NCBI GenBank assembly: GCA_030867685.1
Contig: JAQOWU010000003.1
Coordinates: 930,001-994,000 of the forward strand
Source of the DNA: Wickerhamiella versatilis
Taxonomy: Eukaryota
Direction: 5' to 3'
Length of the DNA stretch: 64,000 nt
The notes under the pieces: model-generated
The model's database searches: none
What the model was told of the DNA's origin: nothing
Seen by the model: only the letters and a program-made list of their open reading frames with translations
Position numbers and translations under genes: made by a program
Shown: in pieces, positions 21,598-31,365 of the stretch
Layout: each line of letters starts with the position of its first letter
How positions within the stretch are numbered: position 1 is the first letter of the stretch

Positions 21598-22038
21598 ATG
21601 CCTTACGCGACCGTTGGTCAGTACGTAGTCAAACTGGACCCTAGTAATGGAGAAATACAGGCTCTTCATTACGACGGAAGCATATTTGTGGGCCGTGGAG
21701 GCCATTTAGATCTGGGGTCAAAGGCACATATTCGCATTGGGCGTGATCCGGAAAAACAATCTCAATTAACGATGGTGGTAAGCCAAAAAGAGAGCAACAT
21801 GCTTCTTCATCCTGTTTCAGTAACATTAAAGCCATCAATTCAAACAAATGCTAATGCATTTGGCTGGTTACAAGATGTTGCTAATGAGCTTTCAGCAAAG
21901 TCGAAGGAGAATGAAGAGTTACAGAACCTTTCCGCAAGACAAAAGTCATTCATAGAGGATATCACCAACAATGCAGTAGCGGAACGCGAAGATATTCTAC
22001 GTAGGGTTGCAAAGGTAATTAAAGAGCGGGGAGAATGA
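21598..22038 (+). CDS. Hypothetical 146-aa protein, possible XRCC4/Lif1-like NHEJ factor
   Basis: Beta-rich N-terminal half, then F-x-W and a coiled coil ending EREDILRRVAKVIKER. Confidence 0.5.
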   Translation: MPYATVGQYVVKLDPSNGEIQALHYDGSIFVGRGGHLDLGSKAHIRIGRDPEKQSQLTMVVSQKESNMLLHPVSVTLKPSIQTNANAFGWLQDVANELSAKSKENEELQNLSARQKSFIEDITNNAVAEREDILRRVAKVIKERGE

Positions 22039-22259
22039 AATTTGTTTCATATCAATTAATTACTCAGGGTGCAGTCAATGCGCGTTCAAAATAAATTGAA
22101 ACTCAAGAGTGGGTCTCGAACTCGGCTAAAAAATAGGGTTTGATTAGCCACTGAGCATAGCAGGCCTAGTGTATATTACCAGTGATATCTACTATGCTTT
22201 CATACTCTGCCTCCCACACTCGTTTTTTCTCTCTCTCCTCGGTAGATTTCTCAAACACT

Positions 22260-23732
22260 ATGTCACAGCAGCAGTTAGCGCCTGATCTTAAGAGTATATT
22301 TCAAGGGCCTGAGATGGCTGATTCTGAATCCTGTAATCTTTGGAGGTCTATTTTTGTTGAGGACATACCGGAGCAAGCGAAAGCCAAGGACGTTTTGAAC
22401 ATTGTCACAGCCGGAGTGGTAGAGCATGTGCGCTATTTGCCCCATAAAGGTTGTGCCTTTATATCCTTTTTAGATCACTTGAGTGCAACTCACTTCTATG
22501 CAGACTTTATTATGGATCCCAAACCAATTCTGGGCCGCACCGTACGACTTGGGTGGGCCCAGGCACCTGTGTTGCCTAAGAGAATTCTTGATGCTGTGTT
22601 GTATGATAATGCTTGTCGCAATGTGTATTTAGGGATGTTACCCCCTGATATCACAGATCAGAAACTATGTGAGCAGATGGGACAATTTGGTGAGATAGAA
22701 AATGTGCGTATACTACCGGAAAACTCTATAGCTTTTGTCCATTTTATGAGTATTAGGTCTGCCTTGAAAGCTGTGCATACTCTTCGCAGGGATCCCGAAT
22801 GGTCAGAACGTAAGGTTGCTTTCGGCAAGGACCGTTGTTTCAACATCTCAAGATTAAAAAAACAGGGGGCCTTATTATATTTGGGGTTAGCACCAAACAA
22901 TGCCCAATTACTTACAGAGTACTCTCCGCAGGTGATTGCCACAGCACTGACCCACCAAGCCACTGCCACTGTTAGCGTTGCCTCCTTGAGCGGTGGAGGC
23001 CCTGCAAATGTGGGAAATCGCTGCATATATCTTGGAGGATTGCACAAAGATACTCAAATCGATGAAATCTGCAACGCTACCAGGGGTGGTATGCTGGAAA
23101 GCATCAGGTACTTATCTGAACGACACATATGTTTTGTGCGTTTTGCAGATCCCACCGCAGCAGCATATTTTTTTGCCATGTGGAATATCCACAGACTTTA
23201 TATCCACTCGAAATTTGTAAAGGTTAGTTGGGGTAAGAACTGTGGTCCGCTCTCGTCGGAAATCTCTGAGGCCATTGCACGCGGCGCCACGAGAAATGTC
23301 TTCTTGGGTGGGGTGAGTCCATACACAACTCATGAACAAATTTATGCCGAATTTTCTCGATTTGGAATTATAGAGCAAATCAATGTTTTACCGGAAAGAA
23401 ATTGTGCTTTCGTTAACTTCACAGACGTGGGTGTAGCTATTCAGACAGTAGAATGGGCAAGATCTCATCCTACGTATAGTAAACTTCGGGTGAGATACGG
23501 AAAGGATAGATGTGCAAACCAACCATGGATATTGCAGCAAATTCAGGGACAATTCCATATACCTATTCTTCTGCAGTATCTTCAAGCACACTCTCATAAT
23601 GGAATGTTTATGTACCCCCCACTCTCTACATTGCGTCTTCAGGCTACAGTTCCTGGCCAGGCAAGGGCTTCCTCTGCCAGTCCAGAAGAGTATAGCGAAC
23701 AAACTCCCGAAGATCCAAGCGATGATGAGTAG
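22260..23732 (+). CDS. MRN1: Four-RRM RNA-binding protein (Mrn1/Nrd1-Msa2 type)
   Basis: ACRNVYLG, FGKDRC, GNRCIYLG, GATRNVFLG, YGKDRC. Start uncertain (22194 or 22260). Confidence 0.85.
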   Translation: MSQQQLAPDLKSIFQGPEMADSESCNLWRSIFVEDIPEQAKAKDVLNIVTAGVVEHVRYLPHKGCAFISFLDHLSATHFYADFIMDPKPILGRTVRLGWAQAPVLPKRILDAVLYDNACRNVYLGMLPPDITDQKLCEQMGQFGEIENVRILPENSIAFVHFMSIRSALKAVHTLRRDPEWSERKVAFGKDRCFNISRLKKQGALLYLGLAPNNAQLLTEYSPQVIATALTHQATATVSVASLSGGGPANVGNRCIYLGGLHKDTQIDEICNATRGGMLESIRYLSERHICFVRFADPTAAAYFFAMWNIHRLYIHSKFVKVSWGKNCGPLSSEISEAIARGATRNVFLGGVSPYTTHEQIYAEFSRFGIIEQINVLPERNCAFVNFTDVGVAIQTVEWARSHPTYSKLRVRYGKDRCANQPWILQQIQGQFHIPILLQYLQAHSHNGMFMYPPLSTLRLQATVPGQARASSASPEEYSEQTPEDPSDDE

Positions 23733-23952
23733 GTCTAGCAACCGGAATATACCGATAACATACATACATAAATATTTATATCAGTTGCTATTCAACTGAT
23801 AAATGAGAATTGATGACAGTAGCATAACTAGTGGTTATCTAATTCTATTTTCCTCAACACAATTTCTTATATAGAGAGGGGCAGGTCCTCCAATGGTTGT
23901 CAGTGAACTCAAAAATCACTTTGTCAATTAGTAATACTCTGCGGGGTCAGGA

Positions 23953-24804
23953 ATGGAAGAAACCGAAATCCGGACAGGAAATGTTATTGGAACATTGTGC
24001 AATCCTTCGACATCCAAAGAAAGAAGGCTGGTATTGATAATGCATGGCGTTGGTGGGCATAGAGACTACTGTTACCAACGAGCCTTAGGACAAGCATTAC
24101 CGCAGAACTTAGGCCTTTGTACATTTCGGTTCGATTTTCGCAATTGTGGTGAGAGCAATCCCGTTCCAGACCCAAAAGGCACAGGTAGAAGTATTAATGG
24201 GACAGATTATGAGGATATTTGCGAGGTGGTGCAATATTTTGAAAGTCGGGGCTTCGAGCTTTTTACAATCATAGGACACAGTCGGGCTACGTTGGCGATG
24301 TTCTATTACCTTCTCAAAACGAATAGAAAGTTACCGTGTGTTGTGAATATTTCCGGACGTTTCAAGACCTATCAGTATTTGACAGATACATTGGCGATTG
24401 AAGGATCTTCAGTATTAAAACGTGGGGGCCACAGCCTGGTCGCCAGACGCTATGGTAAATATTTACCACAGTGGATTCCTTTGGCCGAAATAGTGGACTT
24501 TGGCTCCTATGACAGCAATGATTTTGCAGAGCTGTATCCAGGAACTAAGGTTTTGACAATATTCGGGTCCTGTGATGTTACTGTGCCGGTCAGGGATGCC
24601 TTATACTGGGCAGAACTATTTGAGAGAAGGCATACGCTTGAAATTGTGAAGGGGGCAGACCATAACTTTTACGGGCCAGTGTTAGAAACAAAGAATAAGA
24701 TGGACGAACCACCTAGACGTTCCAAGCACAGTTATGCGCCGGAAGTCATAAAAATTGTAACGAAGTATCTTCAACAATTTGTGACGGATAAACCACACCT
24801 TTGA
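23953..24804 (+). CDS. Alpha/beta hydrolase (YDL057W-like)
   Basis: LIMHGVGGHRDYCYQ, FRFDFRNCGES, nucleophile elbow GHSRA, D-VTVP, GADHNF. Confidence 0.8.
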   Translation: MEETEIRTGNVIGTLCNPSTSKERRLVLIMHGVGGHRDYCYQRALGQALPQNLGLCTFRFDFRNCGESNPVPDPKGTGRSINGTDYEDICEVVQYFESRGFELFTIIGHSRATLAMFYYLLKTNRKLPCVVNISGRFKTYQYLTDTLAIEGSSVLKRGGHSLVARRYGKYLPQWIPLAEIVDFGSYDSNDFAELYPGTKVLTIFGSCDVTVPVRDALYWAELFERRHTLEIVKGADHNFYGPVLETKNKMDEPPRRSKHSYAPEVIKIVTKYLQQFVTDKPHL

Positions 24805-25156
24805 CGTGATTGATTTTCTCTAGCCTTCAGGCTTCCTAAAGGTGTTTGAGAAAAGCTCGCATACACTACTCGGAGGTCATGAGGCTGCGAGCTATGGCAT
24901 GTATACGAGGCTCTCTTGTCTTCGAGGAAAAAAACAAGTTTACAAGGCTTAGCACCTATAAAGAATAAATAGCAATCAAACAATTAGGTATTGGTCTTAT
25001 TCCTCCTCCTCATGTGGACAAATGGGTTTGTTGGAGTGGAGGCGGTCTGGATTGGCGTGGAGCATGCATATTGTCAGCAATTCTCTGCAGCCCTAGCCCT
25101 ACCAAGCTGTACCCAGCTTCCTCTACAGTCAGCAATGAGCAAACGTCCTAGTAACA

Positions 25157-26599
25157 ATGCCGACGACTGGTCAAATAAAGATACTCTACGACGATGGAGC
25201 AGCCCACGATAGTGTGCATGTTGCTGGCGAGTTTACAAGCTGGGAGCCCGTGGATTTAGGGCTTGAGAATGGTACCTTGTACGCGGCTATATTCGATGGG
25301 GCTGAACCTGGTGAAAGCTATCAGTATAAATTTATTGTTGATGGCACCTGGAAACTTCTACCGGGGTATGAGCAAGCCACTGATGCCATTGGTAACATAA
25401 ATCACGTCATCAAGGCCACAGCTGTACCAATTGCGTCAGACCCAACCTATGGGACCACGAGTTCTGAACCTGTGGGGAGTACTACAGACGCTGACATCGG
25501 CACTGACTCCGGTGCAGCGGGGACCAGCAATGCAAAGGATGTGAAGGACGAGGAAGGCCAGTTTTCAAAAGATGAAGGTTTTGTACAACCTAGGGAGACT
25601 ACAGATTCAAACATTGATGACTCTACCTCCACTATTCCGGTAACGGTGGTTGATATTCAAAGGTTGCAGAGGGTAGGTGGAGATGGCCCATGGCAAGTAA
25701 TTGATCAGCAACAGGATGTTGTTGTGGGTGATCGCTCACCTGAGATTATCGAACCGGTAGAGCAATCTTCCGAACCTGCAGAGGCACTCAAGTTCCCTTC
25801 TTCAGCTGAGTCTGGTGAACCCATACGCACAGAGGAGGCCAATGCCCCCATTGATGCCAGTGTGGATCCTTATGCAGCAGATGGTCTAGGGGCCACTGAT
25901 GCTTATACTGATGCGTATGATACTTTTCAGAAGTCCACTGATACCTCAACGTATGACAGTGCTTTAGAGGACGAAACTCCTGTAGGTACTACGTTGCGAG
26001 AGGGAACTGAGGCGCCTATTTTCACGGAAACAGAGACTGGCGGCTTCGATTATTCTAATGCGCCTACATCATTCCCTCTATCTGAGAACACTAGCAAGGC
26101 CGGAGTTCCAGCAAGCTATTCAGATAGGACCCTCACATCGCAAAGGGAGATATCTAAAGAAACTGGAGCCCCTCGTAACCAAATCGATGAATCCACCGGC
26201 TTCCCCCCTGAGGCGGGGGCTCCCACAGCATACTCGCCACAAGGAACAGTGAGGGCAAGTGGTAGTCATCAGTCTAATTTAGCTGCGGCAGCTGCGACGG
26301 CGGCAACGTCATCATCACCCGGCCGTACGTCTGCTGTTAATGCTGCAGCGAGTCGTGCATCCGCGTATGCAAAGTCGGACGCCTTGGAGTCTCCAACTTC
26401 AACCCCCGCAACTGGGACCACTCCAGCAGCTGCCACGGCCTCGAGTTCTAAGAGAAATTCTGCCAAGAATTTTGGTGATGCTAAGGGGGAGGGTATTCTG
26501 AGCCAAGCAGAAAGGGAATTGCACGCTACTCCCCCAACATCAGAGAGTAAGGGCAAATTTCGAAAGCTCTTTCGAAAAATCCCTGGAGGCAAGCATTAG
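25157..26599 (+). CDS. CBM48/AMPK-beta glycogen-binding domain protein with long acidic, S/T/A-rich tail (Crp1/Mdg1-like)
   Basis: VHVAGEFTSWE...YQYKFIVDGTW...DAIGNINHVI; C-terminal KGKFRKLFRK. Confidence 0.75.
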   Translation: MPTTGQIKILYDDGAAHDSVHVAGEFTSWEPVDLGLENGTLYAAIFDGAEPGESYQYKFIVDGTWKLLPGYEQATDAIGNINHVIKATAVPIASDPTYGTTSSEPVGSTTDADIGTDSGAAGTSNAKDVKDEEGQFSKDEGFVQPRETTDSNIDDSTSTIPVTVVDIQRLQRVGGDGPWQVIDQQQDVVVGDRSPEIIEPVEQSSEPAEALKFPSSAESGEPIRTEEANAPIDASVDPYAADGLGATDAYTDAYDTFQKSTDTSTYDSALEDETPVGTTLREGTEAPIFTETETGGFDYSNAPTSFPLSENTSKAGVPASYSDRTLTSQREISKETGAPRNQIDESTGFPPEAGAPTAYSPQGTVRASGSHQSNLAAAAATAATSSSPGRTSAVNAAASRASAYAKSDALESPTSTPATGTTPAAATASSSKRNSAKNFGDAKGEGILSQAERELHATPPTSESKGKFRKLFRKIPGGKH

Positions 26600-27300
26600 A
26601 TGATGATGCTTTAGCGAACCTAATAGTTTGTATCTTAAGACAAGTAATATAATCTGATACTAGACGCAGTGAAAACAAATAAATAAACAAACAAGCAAAC
26701 CCTAACAAATGTCTTAGAAGCTGACGACTAGAGATCTACACGTATTATTTTACTTGGATGACGTCCCCAAGGAATTGGATGTAGCTGGTAGGATATATTC
26801 CAGGTATTATCGCAACAACAATACGAGAAATCCGAGAAATCTACTAAATCTAGAGCTTTCCGAATAAGTCCTTCTTCACTACTTACATATGAATTCCATC
26901 TGCTTTCAAGCCTGGATTAGTATAAGATTTTTAGTTTACGAGAAATTCGCTGTAATACTCAGAAGACCGGAATGTTTTAGGTGGGCACGTTAGATTGCAA
27001 CCCTCGCAGAACCAATGTTTTGCCAGTATTAGTCATCCGATATTACTCAAACAAGTTTTGCAAGGAAAAAAAATTCAGCTATTATTCGAAAAAATGCGCA
27101 CAAACATAAGCCTAGACTAGGGTATGTTAATTTGTAAAGTACAGTAAAGTAAATGATGTAGCACAGGTACGGACGCTGGGAATTAATTCCATTATCAAAA
27201 CACCAAAATTAAATAAGACGGATGTCTTTCCACGACCGGTGCGACAAAAAGGTGTTTCGCGAGCAGAGCAACCCAGTGGATATAGAGCGAGTCTTCCTGC

Positions 27301-27804
27301 TTAGATCTGAGACATGGTTGGGACACCAGTGCGGGGCACCGACTTGCGAGCTGGGACACCGAAGTTGCCACTGTTGATCATACCGAGAACGGAGTAGACG
27401 AACAGGACGACAGCAGCGAACCAAGAGAAGTAAAGGAAGGCGCATCCAGCCTGGGCCATACGGCAAGCACCAGACGAAGGGTCATCACCGAAGTGGTTCT
27501 TGAGGTTGGACTCGTTGGAGCAAGAGCCAGCGCCGTTCTTGGCGGCAATAGCGGTGGCACCGGCGAAAAGGAACACCCAGTTGAGGAAATCGATGATAAC
27601 CATGGCAATAGGGAAGGCAAGAACATCGATGAACTCAGCTGCAAAGCCGTAGAAGCAGCCGAACAGAATACTGAATGCGGCTGAGAAGACGGCAAAGCGG
27701 ACCCGGGAGCTGTCGGTGTCAACGACCCAGGCGGCGGTGAGACCCAGCGCTATGACTGAGAAAACAAACAATACAACACGAATAATAGCTGTGGCAAGTG
27801 CCAT
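27301..27804 (-). CDS. NCE102: MARVEL-domain eisosome protein
   Basis: SRVRFAVF, DFLNWVFLFAGATAIA, CRMAQA, VPTMSQI C-terminus; strong codon bias. Confidence 0.9.
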   Translation of the reverse strand: MALATAIIRVVLFVFSVIALGLTAAWVVDTDSSRVRFAVFSAAFSILFGCFYGFAAEFIDVLAFPIAMVIIDFLNWVFLFAGATAIAAKNGAGSCSNESNLKNHFGDDPSSGACRMAQAGCAFLYFSWFAAVVLFVYSVLGMINSGNFGVPARKSVPRTGVPTMSQI

Positions 27805-28675
27805 TCTGAAGTTAAATTGCTGACATACGTTGGGCGACTTTGAACGTATTTATCCCTCGACAGAGCATGTGGTTAGGGAAAAACAAACCCGCATATGCTT
27901 TGCAGACCTCATGCGGGGAGTCCCGGGAAAGTATAGCAAGGATGATAGTTTCTGCGGCAATTTATATTCCGAATTAAAGAAAAATTAAACATTATATTGC
28001 GACACGGCCACATCGCAACGTCTCTGCGTTGCGTGACCATGATCTGAACGGCGGAGCGCCTGGTATGTACGCAGCTTTTGCCGGAATTGCTGAGTCATAT
28101 ACAGTGAAATCTGTAGCAATCATGGTAGTTATAAGTCTAGGACATGTTTCCTGCCTCCGCTGTATTTACTGTAACCTATACTTCTGCATCCTTGTCCACA
28201 GAAAAAATTAATTCGTTGAAACAGCAAGAACTTCGTGATGCAATACCGATGCGGCCCACGCCCAACCTTCCTCTTTGGGATAAGTGTAGCTGATCAGTAA
28301 TATGTTTGCCATACGCAACATCTTACTAGGTAATGTTGATACAATAGATTGAATAATAATATTACAGGCACCGATTGTTGGGCTGTTTATTTTTATGCTG
28401 ACAGAGGCTCAATACGTCTCGCAGGATGAACACATTGCCACTCGGAAGATAATACGGCTGCAAATATTTGGGTCGGGAAGGTAAAGCCCAGGTTAGTAGA
28501 ATGCATGTGCCGGTGCCGAAGCCGATGGGCCCTAGAAGGTGGAGGATAGAACCGACGATAATTTATTATGAATATTCTAGATTGAATTAGATGTATTGAA
28601 TATTATTTCAGGGATGCTGTATACCCACCGGCCTTAAGCGAGAAGATGCTTGATAAAATTTCATATGCGTAATCG

Positions 28676-29164
28676 TTATGTCAGATAGCCTATGACGCAC
28701 TGAGTCTCCAGTGCTTTTTCCTCCAATGCTTGGGTTCTACGCTCTCGCGCGGCTTTTGCAGCAGACAATTGGTCAATTGTCTGTTTTATTATATTAATGC
28801 GGTGTTTCAGGATATCCAAATTCTCCTGACTGCTGAAGCTATTCTGTCGCGGTAGGGTGGATGTGTGGACGACGTTACGCAGCTTATTGCGGCGGTCTGC
28901 AAGCTCTTTTGCGAGATCATTCACCTCATTCCTCAATTCTTCGTTGTCTATAGATTCGTGTGAGCCCACCGCATCCATAACCCGGCTGATGTTGCGGTCC
29001 TTAGCCTCAATTTTTTCAGATATTTCTACATCCGGGGGTAGGATTTTTTCTTTTGGCAAACCTTGCAATTCCTGGAACACATCACGGTAAAATTTTGTTT
29101 CTGCGCGCAGCATAGCATAAGCTGCAAGTGTATCCTCGAATTCCTGTCGTGGAGTCACCGGCAT
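28676..29164 (-). CDS. Hypothetical coiled-coil protein, 162 aa
   Basis: ATG-started ORF with heptad, charged composition; family not recognised. Confidence 0.6.
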   Translation of the reverse strand: MPVTPRQEFEDTLAAYAMLRAETKFYRDVFQELQGLPKEKILPPDVEISEKIEAKDRNISRVMDAVGSHESIDNEELRNEVNDLAKELADRRNKLRNVVHTSTLPRQNSFSSQENLDILKHRINIIKQTIDQLSAAKAARERRTQALEEKALETQCVIGYLT

Positions 29165-29181
29165 AAACAGATATATGCACC

Positions 29182-30903
29182 TTAGTCACTGGGGGTCTTT
29201 CTTTTTATTTTCGATGCCAAACGCCTTGCATTCTCAGATAAATTGAGTGGATTGCATCTTAAAATTTTTGCCAGGGCCCTAGTCAATGTGGCTGCTGAGA
29301 CCATATCACCACCTGATTTCCGATCATTAAGCCCAGGTTGGCCAAATCGAGTAGTTCTATTCTGAACCTTGCACTGTACGAATTGCAGAAAGGACGAGGC
29401 CACAATTCTGTCGATAGGGCCGAGGGAATGACACACAGCCAGGGCACCAACGAAATCACCATGCGCGGCAAACCCCTGAAGGACAGCTTCTAGGACACCA
29501 AGCCATTCGAGATCGGTGGGGGACATGGTCTTCACCAGATCCATCGGAATTTCTTTCGATTGTCCAGTGCGGACGAGATGCCATATAAGCCGCCAACAAT
29601 AAGGGCTAAGTGCTAGGGACTCCACAGGTATTTTTCCTGGGTTCCCTTGTAATAGCAGCTGCCTAGCCACAGGCTCGGAAAGTGGCAAATTGGTGGCATC
29701 GCCTGTGACCTTCAAATATGTACCTTGGGCTGTCGGGGTCGTTAAGGGTCCCTTAAGAACAAGCTGCTTTGTAAATTCGGCATCCTTCGCTGAGAGTTCC
29801 CGGACAATAGTTGACGCGAAAGGAATGGGTTCCCCTGAGAAAGCCTCAATTTCATCTAAACATTCCTTAAGCTCTTGCAATTGATGACGACGTGCTAAAT
29901 TGGCCAGGAGTGCACTGTGGAATAGTGGGTTCAAAGCGCGCTCAGGATCAATGCCACTCAATTTCTCCAAAACGGGTGTGATACTTTCCTCTTGCTGCCG
30001 AGGCAGCTTTGAAAGCTTAGCTTGCCGATTCTGGAGCAGTGACATTTTCAACCCTTCCTCCCAGCCCTCACCAGAATCGATAATTGAGGCAGCGGTAGTC
30101 CAGAGCCGCCGCGCCATCAAATGATTAGCGAAATTGTCTCTTATACTTTCCGTAATGCCTTGCTTCTCCATCAAGTCCTCGTCCATCTGAGTGGTCAAGG
30201 GAGTTTCTTGGAACACTTTTATCCAGTGGCCCGCAGCTTGCTGATCGCCAATACGCAAGTGCTCTAAGGCAAGACCCATTGATACTCGCGGAGGTATGTA
30301 GCCCTGAAACTTTTGCGAGATCATTCTAGTAATGGCCTCGGCACCAACGATAAGGTGTGCCTGGATATGATAAAGTGCTCCCACTTCTAGCCAATATGGA
30401 CCAGACGAAGTATCCTCCCGACCAAGACGTGATCTCCAGAGAGAGAGGGCTGCACCAGTACGTCCGTAGGCCATTAAGGCGTCCAAGTAGAAGACCTCAT
30501 TGACAGGATCGAGCCGTACAGTCCTGTGCGAATATAGATACCTCCCAACCCAGTAAACTGCCCTCATGTCTCCTTTAGCTAGCTCAAAGAGCTGGGCAAA
30601 AAGTGGAATGTATTGCGGTCCAGGGCGGCGGGTGACGAAACACCGTATAGCATTCCAAAACGCACTATCAGTCTCAACAGATATTTCTAGAGATCTTTGT
30701 ATAAGCATAGCTGTATAATCCATGTCAGAAACATCAGGAGATGCATATTTACCCCGATCCTTTGCAAATTGTTTGTGCACGTCGTTTAATTCATCACGAG
30801 ACAAGTTCAAATTTCCTATCTGCTGTTCCAACACCTGAACACCTTTGCTTTTGCCAATATTTCTAGAGCTTGTTCGCAGTGAGCGCGATAGCCATAGGCT
30901 CAT
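29182..30903 (-). CDS. Probable mitochondrial helical-repeat (PPR-like) protein, possibly a translational activator
   Basis: R/S/L-rich presequence MSLWLSRSLRTSSR; helical repeats such as YLDALMAYGRTGAALSLW and HSALLANLARRHQLQEL. Confidence 0.55.
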   Translation of the reverse strand: MSLWLSRSLRTSSRNIGKSKGVQVLEQQIGNLNLSRDELNDVHKQFAKDRGKYASPDVSDMDYTAMLIQRSLEISVETDSAFWNAIRCFVTRRPGPQYIPLFAQLFELAKGDMRAVYWVGRYLYSHRTVRLDPVNEVFYLDALMAYGRTGAALSLWRSRLGREDTSSGPYWLEVGALYHIQAHLIVGAEAITRMISQKFQGYIPPRVSMGLALEHLRIGDQQAAGHWIKVFQETPLTTQMDEDLMEKQGITESIRDNFANHLMARRLWTTAASIIDSGEGWEEGLKMSLLQNRQAKLSKLPRQQEESITPVLEKLSGIDPERALNPLFHSALLANLARRHQLQELKECLDEIEAFSGEPIPFASTIVRELSAKDAEFTKQLVLKGPLTTPTAQGTYLKVTGDATNLPLSEPVARQLLLQGNPGKIPVESLALSPYCWRLIWHLVRTGQSKEIPMDLVKTMSPTDLEWLGVLEAVLQGFAAHGDFVGALAVCHSLGPIDRIVASSFLQFVQCKVQNRTTRFGQPGLNDRKSGGDMVSAATLTRALAKILRCNPLNLSENARRLASKIKRKTPSD

Positions 30904-31120
30904 GCCTGGAGTAATTGAACTATCAACTTGATGAAATTTAGGTAGATCAAAAATTACATAAACTTCGAATCCCTTAAGGTCAATGCGAACTTCCTAGTGA
31001 GACGCAGTGCATTTATCTTCAAGCATCTTTTATCGCTACAGGAAAACGAACTCTCCTTGTATAAAAAAATAAATATGAATCAGGAAGCCCAGATTCGTTT
31101 TAAAAACAAAAAAATATTTA

Positions 31121-31192
31121 CTCCGTTGCGGGGAATTGAACCCCGGTCTTCGCGGTGAAAGCGCGACGTCCTAGCCACTAGACTACAACGGA
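31121..31192 (-). tRNA. tRNA-Glu, anticodon TTC, no intron
   Basis: TCCGTTG acceptor stem, anticodon arm TCGCG-CT-TTC-AC-CGCGA, T arm GGTTCAATTCC, 72 nt, T-run terminator downstream. Confidence 0.97.
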
Positions 31193-31365
31193 TTTTCCTA
31201 ACCCGAACTGCCTAGTGGTGCTTCTCCCACTAGGTCAACCCTGCTTGTTGTTGTAGCTAAAATGTCGGTGTAGTATATGTACACCCTCGTCACCCTCGCC
31301 CAAATAATATTTCGAATATACATTTGGTATTGTAGTCTAGTGTCTGAAAAATGCTAAAATGAGAG

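Noticed and set aside
26785-26850. Peptide LVGYIPGIIA resembling Pmp3
   Set aside because: Preceded by an in-frame stop, no start or branch point, and the rest of Pmp3 is absent
31255-31280. GTGTAGTA resembling the U2 snRNA branch-point recognition sequence
   Set aside because: No U2 stem I, no following TCTGTTCTT, no Sm site
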